Part shown: positions 11,952 through 23,740 of the stretch, piece after piece | Layout of the letters: each line of letters begins with the position of its first letter | Position numbering within the stretch: position 1 is the stretch's first letter | From: Diadema antillarum | Taxonomy: Eukaryota | Length of the DNA stretch: 64,000 nt | Reading direction: 5' to 3' | Assembly: GCF_040938485.1 (NCBI RefSeq) | Contig: NW_027270990.1 | Location: forward strand, 310,001-374,000 | The notes under the pieces: generated by a model | The model's database searches: none | The model's input: only the letters and a program-made list of their open reading frames with translations | What the model was told of the DNA's origin: nothing | Translations under genes and position numbers: made by a program

Positions 11952-12248
11952 CAGAGACTCCAACCCCAAGCACCTTCTGATCTGGAGATTCTCCTGCCGG
12001 AAACCCCTAGCAAACGGGAGACTCAAAGTTCATCAGTGCGAAGTTCCTAGGGTTCTAGATGCTCTCTGGTGCTATCCAAGGCTTATTTTTTCAACATACG
12101 GTAGCTATAAGTAAGAAATCATTTCCAACGGGAGACACAGAGCCAGGGCGGGAGGAATTAGATCTCAAGCAGGAGAACGGGAGATTTTGCAAAAGTGGGT
12201 TTTTCGGCAGGAGATCTCCCGTCGAAAACGGGAGAGTTGGAGTCTCTG
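11952..12248 (+). mobile_element. MITE with CAGAGACTCCAAC TIRs and a 6-bp TSD (CACATT), copy 1
   Basis: CACATT|CAGAGACTCCAAC ... GTTGGAGTCTCTG|CACATT. Multiple internal (AA)CGGGAGA subterminal motifs. Confidence 0.85.
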
Positions 12249-15200
12249 CACATTGCTCATTCATGAGGGGGTGCCTGGACTGATCTGAACCCATTAACTT
12301 TATCAAATTTTGTCAGGTCACAGATAAATGTTCTTCTTCAACCACATGCAAAAAAAAACAAAAAAAAAAAGACGAAAAAAAGAGGGTCTTTCTGTTCAGT
12401 TTAACTTGTCAGAAGTGGCTGAATGGTACACACACATGCATGTGTGGCTGTATATCCACAGATCGGTGATGTGATATCATCGAACAGCATGGTATTTTCA
12501 GACGTGCACATCTGTGTACAATAATGACATTCAGTACCATGGTACACACGGAACCTTGTAGACTAGTCTTTCAGAGCATTGCATTGTATGGGCCGTAATC
12601 GCAAAAAAATTGTGACACAAAAATGTATTTGTTAGAAACACTAAGAAATTCACATTTCATCTCAGATTTTGGAAGATGTCAATTTATCACAAGATTTTAT
12701 TGCTTAGAGATTCTAAATTGTTTGAAATGTTCATGTTACATGTAGACTTTACACTGTCACTCTACAATACAAAATTTGAGCCTCATTTGCCAATGTTCTC
12801 TTTGTCGTCCGCTCGGTCCGAATGTGTACTGTAGTCTGTAATGTGAATCAAGGGTATTTACGCTTATCAATATTATGATTATGGTGCATGATGGACAAGA
12901 TGTGAAAGACGTCGATTATTCCATTATGAAAATCGTGTCCGGAATCAAAATGCGATTTTACACTGCACTATGTTTTCTATAAGAAAACTTAAAATGACCC
13001 AAATTATCCTGGGCTGGAGCACGTAGCACCAGGTCCACATTTGTTCTTCTTTTTGCTCTTTGTCTGATCAGCTGAAAGAAATTTGTGAGATATCATGTGA
13101 TCTGGACTCTAGTTAAATCTACCTAACCTTTGTTATGAGTTTGACTGATAGCTGCTAGCCCTAAATCATGCTAATCCATTATTAACGTTAGAGTCTGGAC
13201 TTCTAACTTTAGAAGCGCGGGAATCTAGCCCTTCAATTCATCCATCAACTGACCTGTCGTCATTATTTTGGGCCGTGTAAACGGGGCAATGAAAATGACC
13301 TGGCCAGCTTACAAATAATTTTAGCTTTACGATTAATACGAATTCTATGTTTCTTTACAGCATGGACTATGGAGCACAGACTTCTAACGTTACAATGTAC
13401 CCGCACTCGTACATCATCACTGTCATTTGAGGTAGAAATCTAGCAGAAAACCCTGCCGACGATGATACTGCTCCGTGCCTGGATGGGATGGCATGGCAGC
13501 TTCCACGGCAGCACCAGCTGGTTTTCATGGGGGCAAGTCGGACATGCTGCATGGTGCTCGAGAGTCAACCCACCCAGATCACGCTAACTAGCCAATGAGA
13601 ATGGAGCATTCACTTACTGATTGGCACCCGCTCGCCGTCCGCTCTGGTACCCACGTGAAAATGCCGTGTGAAGTCCCCTTCTGGGTACGCTAAACACGTA
13701 GTCTGCAAAGCACTCCCAAAATTTAATCCACTAAAGAGTTTACGAAGCTACAACAATCATTATCATGTGTGAATGTTATAATTCCAGTCATTTAATTCAA
13801 CAAACCACGCAGAGTAACGTAAATCCACGTCCGCGTTCGGCCGAAAATGCGTCTGGAGTGATGGAAATTTTTGGCGAAGAAAAACCGGTCAAAACCAGTT
13901 TGGCGCAGATTGCTATGCGCGGTGCTTGTCTGTTGTTTATTTCGCTCGGAAATATATGCCACGGGCCGATTTTGGGGGAGCAAAGTAACGATCAGACCAA
14001 TCGATAATGAATTACATGTGTTGAGATCTTATTCTTTTATTCATGCCTTTCATTTTACGTGTTCTAGGTAGAATTCATATTAATTAAAGACCGATTATAC
14101 GGCAAAGGTAGAATCTTGCAAAATATATTCGCGGGCAATGTTCGATTGCGAACGAATGGCGTGTGTAAACATATACAGAGGGCGCTGTTGGCGTTCAAGT
14201 CGTCTCTCTTGTGGCCGCCCGCGCCCCGACACTTCACTTTGCATGCTTGGCCAAATAGCCGAAATACCGTACTACCGTACACAGCAGTAATGTAGTTGGT
14301 ACATAAACGAATCTATTCGGCATAAATTATCTGCGAATGTTCACTGTCCAGTTATAATAATCATGCCATTGTCAGTGATTTAGTTGATGGCGAAACATTG
14401 CTGAAACAGAGACTCGATTAGAAAGCCCTGAGATAGCGCAACGCGTCCTGTATGGTCTGAAACAATTTTGCTATCAGGCTTCTTCAAATTTCTTTCATTG
14501 CACAATCATAATCGTATTATGATCTGCCACTGCCCCGACATGCGGCGATAGGTTATATTTTTCTGCAAGTTATATCAAGTTCATTAATAGTACCTAGGGG
14601 ATTTCCAGACTTTGTTTGTTGCAATTGTATCTTATGTACTCGACCACGAAATTAGCTAAGCTTGAAGACCCTGCAACAGTGCAAGAGAGGCCAGTGCGCA
14701 ATCACGAGATCATCACGTGCAGCTAGCCGTAAAATGCTAAAAGCGTGGTTTTGCATTATCGTAGAGTTTTGACAGTGGGAGGTTGAGTAACTATTCGGAA
14801 TGTGACTCATTCAAATTTCCACCATGCTGGCCAACATTTACGAGTACACAGTGTCCACAAACCTTACACTTTTTGCTTCGTGATCTCTAATGTTTGACTC
14901 TCATTATGATTCTCTCAGACTCTGTATCAAAGAAACCAGCAATATCTCACCCCACCCCCCCCCCCCATTAAATTCTGCGTCGACAGACATAATTATACGT
15001 TACACGTGCATAAAATCAATGTCTCTGGTCTGTCATCATAATTACTAGTAAGCAAATTATGTCGATATATTATGGACGAGCAGGAATGAAGGATATGAGT
15101 ATCTTTATTGTTTTTTTTAGCCGTTTCGTACTCCCCTTCGCATCAGTTTTCCGTTGAGATGCAATTAACATGCAATCTCAAAATCTCTTGTTATAAAACT

Positions 15201-15464
15201 GAGTGTAGTAATCTACCTATGACAATTAGCAACAGCATTTTGTTGAGAGAAGATGAAACCAGGTTATTATTCGTTGTCACGATCACGTGGTTGCTCTTAT
15301 TAAAGACTGTACCAAATGTAGGAAACAAAACATAGTGAGCTAGCCTTTGGAAATTTTAGCGACATACTATCATTTTTCTTTTTTTTTTAATGGTGTGCGC
15401 ATTTAGCCTGGAATCTAATCTAGACACACGTACCATCAAGACAGTGATGAATAGCAGTCAAGTT

Positions 15465-15990
15465 CAGGGCCGGTGGAACACGGGAAGGGGGGGGGGGGGG
15501 GAGCTCGGGCCCTCCCCCACTTTTTTGCACCCACAAAGGAATACCCAGGTTTCACCACTCATGCTCCTCCACCCCCCCCCCCCCCGCTTTTTTTAAAACC
15601 CCGGAAGTGCGTATAAGTGGGACTAGAAAGAAATAAATAGAAACCTTGANNNNNNNNNNNNNNNNNNNNNNNNNNNNNNNNNNNNNNNNNNNNNNNNNNN
15701 NNNNNNNNNNNNNNNNNNNNNNNNNNNNNNNNNNNNNNNNNNNNNNNNNNNNNNNNNNNNNNNNNNNNNNNNNNNNNNNNNNNNNNNNNNNNNNNNNNNN
15801 NNNNNNNNNNNNNNNNNNNNNNNNNNNNNNNNNNNNNNNNNNNNNNNNNNNNNNNNNNNNNNNNNNNNNNNNNNNNNNNNNNNNGAAGAAACCCGGAAGT
15901 GGCACCTTACAGAAGTTGGGCTGAAGACGAAAGTGTCACCAGAAGTCTGAAGTGCCCCCCCCCCCCTTTTGAAAACGTGGCGCGTCACGT
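15465..15990. mobile_element. Possible hAT-like short element (CAGGGCCGG start, poly-G/poly-C) spanning the assembly gap
   Basis: CAGGGCCGGTGGAAC followed by G/C homopolymers. AAACC(C)CGGAAGTG occurs on both sides of the gap. No matching right TIR found. Confidence 0.3.
15650..15884. other. Assembly gap (235 N)
   Basis: Run of N characters. Confidence 1.
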
Positions 15991-16138
15991 CGAGGTGAAG
16001 GATGCTGAGTATAGGTATCATAGACCCACAATACGTGACATGCTGATGAAGTGCATGTGAATGAGGCAACCTGCTGCAATTCCATCTCGAAGTGTTCAAA
16101 ACATCCAAAGGTCTTCAGTTTTCTCATGCACCTGCCTA

Positions 16139-16442
16139 CTCTCTAAAAAAAATCGAGTGAAAATTTTCACTCTAAAAAGAGTGAATACAAAAAATACGTT
16201 AAAAAAGAGTGAATTTCGAGTGAAATTGGAGTGAATTTTGAGTGAAAATGCTCATTTTCACTCATTTTGGAGTGACGTCAGGGATCACTCGAAGATTTTG
16301 GAGTGATCCCTGACGTCACTCCAAAATGAGTGAAAATGAGCATTTTCACTCAAAATTCATTCCAATTTCACTCGAAATTCACTCTTTTTTGTATTCACTC
16401 TTTTTAGAGTGAAAATTTTCACTCGATTTTTTTTTTAGAGAG
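16139..16442. mobile_element. Fold-back (almost fully palindromic) MITE, EnSpm/CMC-like, TA-flanked
   Basis: CTCTCTAAAAAAA...GGGATCACTC-[10 nt]-GAGTGATCCC...TTTTTTAGAGAG. Arms of about 140-150 bp made of GAGTGAAA/TTTCACTC motifs. The left arm has an extra about 15 nt. Confidence 0.85.
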
Positions 16443-19019
16443 TAGTTCCATTTATAGGCATTGTAACGTGAGGTAAAAATCCGAATCAAGAATTACGAAA
16501 AAGGTAAAGAAGATGAGATTATTAGCTTTCATCGATTGCAGTTACCAAAAAGTGAAATGATATAAACCAAATCAGACGAGAAAAGCGTTATGATACACAT
16601 GGCATTAATAATAGTGATAGAGATGTCATTCATTCATTCCTTTAAATGAGTATACAGGCTCATGAGTGGAATAACACAATGAACCATTAGAGTAAGCCTA
16701 TTGTGCAGTTCGACACCAGATTCTGTTTATCCCGAATATACGCGTGATTATGATAATAGAGTATAAATCAAGCAATCAGCGATGATAAAAAAAAAAAATC
16801 AAACATAGGAGCGCTACGGGCTTTCAATGTCTCACATGTTTTCAATTTGATTATGTGATTTGATTCAATGTGATTAATTTAGATGACCCAATGATACCAC
16901 CACCGCACAAGACTTCCGTTGACATGTGCATGCTCGTTAAATTTCCATCAAAGTTCTTTTAAAAAGATCAAACCGGAAATACGGATATGAAAGTTTGATC
17001 ACAAAATGGGTTAAGATCCATTTTTAAACAACAAAACAAAACCTTTCCAGTAATACAATACCTCGATCACAGTCTTGCATACCATAACAAGGAATGCTTT
17101 TGAATTTATATGAGTAAAAAATTTCATTATTATGTTCGTATTCATTTTTTTTTCTGTTGCATCTTTAACCGTAAATATCTCACATTACCAAAATGGAGTA
17201 AACCTCCTTTTGCGATCAAACTGTTCATAAGTTTCTTAAGTAGTAGGCCTATACTGCTCCTTCGGAATCTTGATTCTTGGCCCAATGTTGATGAATTATA
17301 TACTTGTACTATTTTGTGTGATGCGATCAAAGACTTTTTGACGTTTCGCTAACTTTTCAGGAAACAGTTCTGAAACAGTTAATATGAATATACAGAGTAG
17401 TAAAATTATGATATCATTCCCCGAAGTCACAACTTGTCATATAGCCTATCGTAGGTCTTATAGCTTGTACATAAAATTTTGGAATTTCAAGTGACAGTTT
17501 TTCGATCAAATGCAATGACGCCCAGTCTTAAATCCTCATCTAACTGATCATTATTCTGAAGTTATTCAACTGGGAAGTTCATCATGTTTTACACTTCAAT
17601 AACAGAAATACTGAATTTTCATCACTTTTTTTTTTACACAATCAATGAAAAATTCTGAGGTGGTGACATCATCAGCTCACTCATGTACATATTCATTATC
17701 AAATATTCGAGAACTGTTCTGCACAGAAATTAGCAGAACTTCACAACGTCATAATTTTCCCAGGTATCCGATTTTGATCGAATTTTCATTGTTGTACATA
17801 AAAGATTTTACTCTTTTTTTTTGTTAACAGACTAACTTATAACTGGACTAAAATTCCTTTTTAACTCTATACAAGAAGTAATGATAACCGTTTTGTATTG
17901 TTTGCACTGTTTAGAGCTCTAAAAAAAAAACCACACAATGATGAAAATTCAATATTTCTGTTATTGAAGTGTGATGGGAGTAGCTACAAATATCTTAAAT
18001 ATCTTTCCATTTTTGCCAGGCGTGATTATCTGCATGTTACAGTATTTCAAAAAAGTGAGACATATTATCATCAATAATGTATTCTTCAGCGTATTGATCG
18101 CTATAATTGAAGAGTTTGTTAGGTCCATAATCAGACATGTTTAGCAAAACAATTAACCTTTTGGCACCTCACTCGTTACACGACAAGAAAATATTCTTGA
18201 AGTTATGATAGAAGTTATTATAATAAAAGTATATCATATCTTTTCATAATTTTCTTTTTTTTATAACAGCTTTGAATGGAAATATCACAGATCAATACCA
18301 ATAGAGTTAACTCTTTTTTTGCGATCAAACTCTTGATGCTCTTTGGAAATACTAGTAGTGGAAAACCCATGTGCGAGTCAGAGGTTTGAGCCTCAGCGTT
18401 GACTCAGAGCGGGTTGATAGATACTGTATTTATCAACCCGCTCTGTGGGGAGGAGAAAAATCTCTTTGGCGTTGACTGTTCTTGCGCCATCTATGGCCAC
18501 TTCGACGCAGCTGCGACACTTTGCATGAGTGCAAATATGTACCAGTCTCTTCTAAATAATATATAATCTAAATTGGATAAAAAATCTCTTTTAGTAGGAT
18601 ATCATGTTTAACAATTGCTTTAAACAAATTTTGATAAAATAATTGTAATCATTTTAATACATAAATGAAGATATTATGATAAAACTTTTTATATTTTAGG
18701 TACTTTGCCTTCAATAAGTCTATATCATACCTCTTGCAGTGCCATGTTGGCAATTGGCTGTTCTATCCTATAAACCCTTGACTTCATCACCCATTTTTAG
18801 CCATATTTCAACTCCAGTTTATTTTTTCAAATGTTATCAAGTGGCCATAAAAAGTGATTAGATAAAAAATTATGTCTGTGTTGCAGTCACGCAATCAAAC
18901 GACCTCCAAAGTAGAATATAAGTATCACATTGGTAATTTCCAGCAGGTCCGCAGATAATGCTGAGAAACTATTTTTTCAAACAGCTTCTGTAATTCGACA
19001 AAATATATGACAGGTTGTC

Positions 19020-19230
19020 AGATCAGCCAATCAGCTTTGATCTATCACAACCCGGCTCTTCCGCTACAGCACACATCCTTTCGTAGGTACGGCACAGTTG
19101 CTAGTCGCTGAATGAATGAAAGTTCCACCATCGTTGATGAAACCTAGCGTGACTTTCCGTCAGGAATGGTTATGAGCGATAACAGAGCTTTCGTACCTTC
19201 TTGATTCCCCAACTACCATTTCTCTCTCAC
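19020..19230 (+). promoter_or_regulatory. RRBP1: Candidate promoter and non-coding first exon of the RRBP1-like gene
   Basis: CCAAT box (AGCCAATCAG, about 19025) followed by a pyrimidine-rich CTCTTCC. Strong donor TCTCAC|GTAAGT at 19230/19231, followed by a CpG-rich block (19300-19700). The first coding exon has an acceptor at 22763, so an upstream exon is required. Confidence 0.5.
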
Positions 19231-19792
19231 GTAAGTAAAGATTTCATGGTGAAAGAGCGTTCTTTTGCTGTATGTTTGTGATGGGTTACGTGCCCACTTA
19301 CTTTCGAGGCGGCGCTTGCACTGACGCAAGCAGTAGGTAGGCGTAGCCGCGCCGACGCGACGGTAGGCCGTTGGTGTTGAAGAGTCGCCACAGGGTAGCA
19401 CGTTTCTTTATGTAGAGCAAGTGGCAGTGCGTGCTAGTGCAGTGCAGTGAGTGCTTGTGTTCAGTGGATGGTGCAGCTGTATGTATGAAATGGATGTGTG
19501 TGTGATTGGCCGTTCGTACCGACTGACCTTGGCTTGGTACGGGACCATGTCCACGTGTGGTTGTGTATTATCATGTATTCACCTGTATTCACCGCACCTG
19601 TCAATTTTTGTCGGGCTTCTTGAAAAACAGTACCGTAGTTTATGGGTAAACTCGGGGGCCCCCAGTGCAGCGCGCGCATTTATTAAGTTGTAACGTGCGC
19701 GTTGGGGGCCAAGTTTACCGCTATGCCGAGTTTACCCATAACTACGGTAGTCTTGTAATGCCCTCCCACATTCAGCAAGTTTCCACTGTATG

Positions 19793-20071
19793 CAGAGGTT
19801 TTCGACGGGAGATCTCCCGCCGAAAACCAATTTTTGCAAAATCTCCCGTTCTCCCGCTTGAGATTTAATTTCTCCCACCATGGCTCTGTGTCTCCCGTTG
19901 GAAAGGATTTCTTACTTATTGCTTTTGTATGTAGCCTTTAATAGCACCAGAGAGCATCAAGAACCCTAGGAACTTCGCGCTTCGCACACATCAACTTGGA
20001 GTCTCCCGTTTGCTAGGGGTTTCAGGCGGGAGAATCTCCAGATCAGAAGGTGCTTTGGGTTGGAGTCTCTG
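19793..20071 (-). mobile_element. 6-bp-TSD MITE, copy 2 (TSD TGTATG), inverted relative to 11952-12248
   Basis: TGTATG|CAGAG[short deletion]GTTTTCGACGGGAGATCTCCC ... GGTTGGAGTCTCTG|TGTATG. Reverse-complement homology to copy 1 throughout. Confidence 0.85.
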
Positions 20072-21920
20072 TGTATGGGGTATGCCAACTTGATGCCTCG
20101 TCTTTATTGCAGAAATGACAATAAAGCTATTCAATGTGATTACTCTGCGGAGTATGAGAACTTGTTATAAATTTATTTCTTTGTAGACTGAGAAATTTTC
20201 TTCCTGCTTTTTTGTTTGCTGTGACATATCGTCGCTGGGGTGACAAGACCTCGTATCTACAAAATGTCAAATGTTCAGGAGAGCAAAAAAACATAGCACA
20301 ATTAGCAGCCAAAGCACTGCACTGTATCCAATAGGATAGACATTCCTTTGACATGCTGTGGTGGCTTCATTTTGGGGTAAGACATCTAGGATTTGGACAG
20401 GACATCACTTAACTGATTAACTGACCATTAATCCAAAAAAGTCATTTTCACCAAAATTGCAGATACAAGGTCTTGTCACCCCTGGCCCCAGCGACGATAT
20501 GTCCTCTGCAATTGGTTAATTATTTATTGATCCCCTGCGTGAGATGCAGTGCAGCTTCCACGTCCATTCATTTAAATTCATTAATAAAGGGAAAAAGTTT
20601 ACCACTGGTTGCGTTCCGTTGTGTGCACAGCACCCTGTTTGTCTCTGCTCGATCATGCCGTGCAGGGAAGGGCGTTAGAGCAACCATGTGGTGTACCTTA
20701 AGTGCTTTCATTTACGCACGCACATGTTGACACATACACACACTGCATCCATATGCGAAATTTCAAACAGGCACACAGTACAGTAGTCGGTCCAGTACCG
20801 CCGGAACACGTGCTGCTGAACCCGTGGTGCTTGATAAACTCAAATTCGCACGCACTGCTCGTCGATTAGGGTAAAATCTTGCACCGGTAATATAGGGCCG
20901 TAAAATGCATGATTGCCAACTCTCAACCCTCAACTCGATCGCGTCACAACAGACAGAGGTAGAATCTACTATGCTACAAAAAACAACAGTTGCACCAAGG
21001 TTCGACCTCCCATTACAAAATTTAACTTTGTGCAAAAGCATATCTACAATTTTGTAGATTTCTATATGTAGCAGGCGATTGAATTTTGGAGGGCGTTATG
21101 GTCGAATTTAGGGCAGCTTGCAAAAAGAGTTTGAATCCTGTTTTACGTGAGTGTGATAAAGTATGCAAAATGGTGTGTATAAGAAGAATAAATCATGGAA
21201 CTGATGAGCTTGACTTATTCCTTGAGTTCTTGGTATTGCCAGCAGTACAACGATACACCAAAGGTGGATGGACTGTATTGAACAGGAAGTAGAATATTTA
21301 TAGAGATATGCATGCCAAGTTTTGTGATCAGTTATAACGGAAAAAAGGGAATTCTACCCCATTTCCTGCTTGTTCTCATTGGATAACTAAGTCCACACAG
21401 CAGAGGGAATGAAAGTTTAATATACAGTATGTCTGTTGTGAGGGGCCGACTGTAGTAGCGACCACCAACAGCGACCATCATTAACAAGAGGCCACTGAAC
21501 AACAGTCAGATTTTTTGGTCTAGTCTATTACCATCTTGTGTTAGGTAAATGACAGTCTCAGTACTAACTTGCTCCTGAGGCCAAAGAGAGGCATGTCTAG
21601 TTCAAATTCTCTACCTCTGTGTACTCTTTGGTCTTATGGCTAGGTCAGCTATATGACCTTGTACTGATTTCTTCTCTACTTTTTTACCATTGTATGTTTT
21701 TATAATGTTTATAAATAATCAATTTTACTTTGCTCATTCAGATTAAACACAATCGCGAATGAAAGCTTGAACACATGAAATGTTATTTGATTGAGGAAGT
21801 GTTGCTTGTCACCAACACACACATGCTTTTGGCAGTCAAATTAGAATATTTTACTTGTGATGCCACAATTGAAAGGTGCATCTGCATGCTGACAAACTTA
21901 CCAATGCTCAGTAGCTGTAC

Positions 21921-22005
21921 CACCAGCTAATTCTCTCACATTCTGATAAATCTAAACATAGCTGCTATGTTTAGATTTATCAGAATGTGAGAGAATCAGC
22001 TGGTG
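21921..22005. repeat. 42-bp near-perfect inverted repeat with a 1-nt centre (probably a collapsed Kolobok-type MITE)
   Basis: CACCAGCTAATTCTCTCACATTCTGATAAATCTAAACATAGC-T-GCTATGTTTAGATTTATCAGAATGTGAGAGAATCAGCTGGTG, one mismatch. The right side continues TACCTTTAA. Confidence 0.85.
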
Positions 22006-22803
22006 TACCTTTAACTACCAATTCAGAGTTCCTTAATGTCTGAGCTTCATCCTCAAACTTGGTCAATCTCATGCATATGGTAGTTTACAGTGGCATGCGT
22101 GCAGGGATGGATACATGTAAATAAAGTATGGTATTTGACTTTATGGAAAAGTCATAAACTAAAACTACTGAAAATTATCAACATGTTTAAACAATTAATC
22201 AATGTAACTTAATTCTATGTTGAATCAAAGTATGTGCTTTCAGGGACTAAAATCATTGGCATAATTGAGTTGTTTATCAATGGGCAAAATTTTGAGGATG
22301 TTAAGTCAGCCTTTAGTACCCTGAATTAAGGTATTACAGGAAATTGTATAGTATTTTCTTCACCTCAGCATTTGCTCTATATTTGTAGGTCATATAATGC
22401 TCTATATTTGTAGGTCACATATTTCTAATGTACATATTCAATATTTGCTGTCTTCATCTACTGCAGCGTGTAGATAATGTGCTAGCCATTTCAACAATTC
22501 ATTTTAGCTGATTTCTGAATTAGTGTTGTCCACAATGATTTATCATCAAATACTGAGCGAAACTCAAATGCAATTTGCGATCAAATGCAAGTCTCTTTTA
22601 GCAATGGAACATATAGATCATAGGCAAGTTGTTGGCAGTACTTGTGTTTTTGTAGTGTGTTGTGTTTGATCACAAGTCAAATTTCCAACAACAGGGCCCA
22701 GCCAGTTCAGTTTTGGATGAAAGCTTTTATAATCTGTAAAATTTGGTGTTCATATTTTTGCAGTTCTTCTTCCTTTGGAACGGACTAATTGTTCAGCATC
22801 ATC

Positions 22804-23166
22804 ATGGTTGTCGATCTGTACGAGCCGCAGAATCTGGCCCTCCTTGTGTTTGGCGGTTTTGTGGTGCTGTCCTTCGTGGTATATGCCGTCTCTGCCTTTG
22901 GGATCCAGGAAAAGTCCTATGAGCAGGCAGTAGCAGAGCAGCGAGCCAGACTTGAGAAAGAGCAGCAGCACCAGCGGGAAGCCAAACGGCAGAAGCGCAA
23001 GCCGTTCTTCGAGAAGAAAAAGCGCGAGCGCGAAAAGCAAGACAGCAGCCCTGGGATTTTACAGCAAGAAGTACCAGTCGTCCAGGCATTTGACTCCTAT
23101 GTTGCCGAGCAGCCAGCCCCGCTGCCACCATCTGATGTGAAGAGCTCTCCAGCTAAGGAAGAGAAG
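22804..23166 (+). CDS. RRBP1: RRBP1/kinectin-like coding exon 1: N-terminal signal-anchor TM helix plus basic Rib_recp_KP-type region (MVVDLYEPQNLALLVFGGFVVLSFVVYAVSAFGIQEKSYEQAVAEQR...PAKEEK)
   Basis: Similar to human RRBP1 MDIYDTQTLGVVVFGGFMVVSAIGIFLVSTFSMKETSYEEALANQR. Good Kozak context (ATCATGG). Acceptor TTTTTGCAG at 22763, donor AAG|GTAAAG. The gene is probably the single invertebrate co-ortholog of RRBP1 and KTN1. Confidence 0.9.
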
Positions 23167-23378
23167 GTAAAGGCTTAACACTCTGTTTGGACTTTATTTG
23201 TTTGTGATAGGTGCATACAGTATGTGATTTCATGTTTGTTTGTTTGTTTGTTTTGTAATTCAGTAGTTTCTTCAGTGCAGCCTAGTTTATATTTGCATGG
23301 TATGAAATTTATTTCTGCCAGCTAGCAGGCTAGAGACTTGTGGATACAGTTCCAATATATTTCCAGTATGGTGTTTAA

Positions 23379-23740
23379 AGGGATCTGTAGTTTTGGTTGA
23401 GACCTAATTTCAGGTTTCTGACATTTTTTTGGTGAGATAATGAAAAACCTCTTATGAAATATGAAAGAGCATGTAATTCCATGAGGAATTCAACGTTTAA
23501 TTGATGAAAATTGGTTTTGAAATGGCTGAGATATCGAAAACTGGACCCACACTTTTATTACGATCGCTTTATTTTACTTTGTTTTTGGATGTTTCTGTTA
23601 TTTCAAACCCGATTTTCATCAAATAAACTTTGAACTCCACTTAAAATGGTATGCTCTGTACTATTTCATAAGTGTATTCTTGGTATCTCACAAAAAGTTA
23701 AAAGCCCAATTCTCTTCTCCACCAATACTGTACCATCCCT
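23379..23740. mobile_element. Kolobok-type MITE (TTAA TSD)
   Basis: TTAA|AGGGATCTGTAGTTTTGGT ... ACCAATACTGTACCATCCCT|TTAA, imperfect TIRs. Confidence 0.7.

Noticed and set aside
12587-13290. Another TA|TGGGCC-type MITE starting at about 12587
   Set aside because: No matching inverted right end was found. At most a truncated relic.
15552-16108. ORFs of 92-161 aa containing poly-X
   Set aside because: They span the N gap.
11952-20071. Composite macro-transposon formed by the two inverted 6-bp-TSD MITEs
   Set aside because: Each copy has its own different TSD, so they are independent insertions.
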